Part shown: piece after piece, positions 62,853-64,000 of the stretch | Layout of the letters: each line of letters starts with the position of its first letter | Numbering within the stretch: position 1 is the stretch's first letter | Source of the DNA: Octopus sinensis | Taxonomy: Eukaryota | Direction: 5' to 3' | Length of the DNA stretch: 64,000 bases | Assembly: GCF_006345805.1 (NCBI RefSeq) | Contig: NC_043017.1 | Span: 19,840,001 to 19,904,000, forward strand | Program-made: the position numbers and the translations under genes | Notes under the pieces: generated by a model | The model's input: only the letters and a program-made list of their open reading frames with translations | The model's database searches: none | What the model was told of the DNA's origin: nothing

Positions 62853-64000
62853 ATTATTATTATTATTATTATTTCTATCACTACTCTTACTATTATTATT
62901 ACTGTCTTAAATCCAGTTGAGCTGAGGTTATTGCAACTGACTTTCCTCCTCCCCCAAAATTGCAGGCCTTGTGTCAAAACTTGTAACTGCTATTACTATC
63001 ATAAATATTATTGTTGGTGTTATTTTTATTGCACCATTATTTAACTCCAGGCTATTTTTACAGTTTCAAATATCAATGTCATCATCATCATCATTATTAT
63101 CATTCTTCTTCTTATCGTTATTATTATTATTATTATTACATTATTAAAGACTGTTTGTTTAGAACATGCTAATAAAATTTCAAGTGATGTCACCAAATCT
63201 TGCAGAAAACAATTTTTATTCTACTTATTTTTAATTCTTCGTTTTCTTCTCTGTTCCTGCGCCTGTACCCCAACCCACAGCCTACATTATCCCAATCAGC
63301 CAACTGTGAACCTGATACTCAACAAATTCTTCTTTTCTCCAAATGTTTGTTTCCCTGGCTGCATAGGGAAGGAGAGAAAGAGAGAAACAAAGAAAGAAAG
63401 AGAGCAAGGCTTTATTTTTTACGGTCTGTTGCAATTCATGGTTTAAACTGTTTGTTCCGGCAATATCAGTTTAAGATGGATAGCTTGCTTCTTTGTATTT
63501 GTTGATGTTGTTGTTGCTGTTGTTGTCATCGTCATCATTATTGTATTATTAAAAGTCTCTTTGTTATTTTACCGAAGTATTTGTCGCAGATCTGTTAAAT
63601 ATCTTGTGTAATCGCTAACGAGATAATTATATTTCAAGATAACTTGGAAAATTAGAACTAAAGCAAATAAAAAAAAATTGAGGGGGATTTTAAAAATTAA
63701 AAAAAAAATGTCTTTAATTTGATGAGAGATGGTGGTGGTGGTGGGGAAGTTAGGAAGAAACATAAGGAGGTGGCTTGTATCGAAGTACGTATTGTATGTG
63801 AGCATGTGCATGTGTGTGTGTGTCTGAGAGAGAGAGAGTATGTGTATGCATGCATTATGGCGTCTATGTTTGCCTGCAAGGGTAGTATAATTTGATAAAA
63901 AAACAGTGGATTCAAATTTTGGTATAAAGCCAACAATTACAGTTGAAAGGTGGGTAAATCTATTACATCAACCCCAGTCCAAAACTGGTACTTATTTTAT

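Overview
AT-rich eukaryotic (animal) genomic DNA, most likely intronic/intergenic DNA of an octopus or related coleoid cephalopod. This assignment is inferred from recognition of the SINE families and the extreme (TA)n/(CA)n/(AAT)n microsatellite load. No complete host gene, rRNA, intact tRNA or CRISPR array can be supported, and almost all ORFs in the track are microsatellite or SINE read-throughs. The window holds dozens of tRNA-headed SINEs of about five families; decayed CR1, RTE, L1/Tx1-like and R4/Dong-like LINE pieces; mariner/Tc1 relics; piggyBac-like and GG-ended MITEs; a Helitron-like element; and TE-derived minisatellites. Main observations: (1) about ten minimal type-I hammerhead-ribozyme motifs (whole or half) in short Penelope-like inserts within (TA)n, including a ~225 bp palindrome with one on each strand; (2) LINE-SINE partner pairs readable from shared 3' tails, one with a compensated stem-loop; (3) retroelement families partitioned among microsatellite targets; (4) short locally templated insertions; (5) candidate isolated exons and RFX X-boxes hinting at a large host gene. 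Coordinates were read by eye, so boundaries of decayed elements are approximate.
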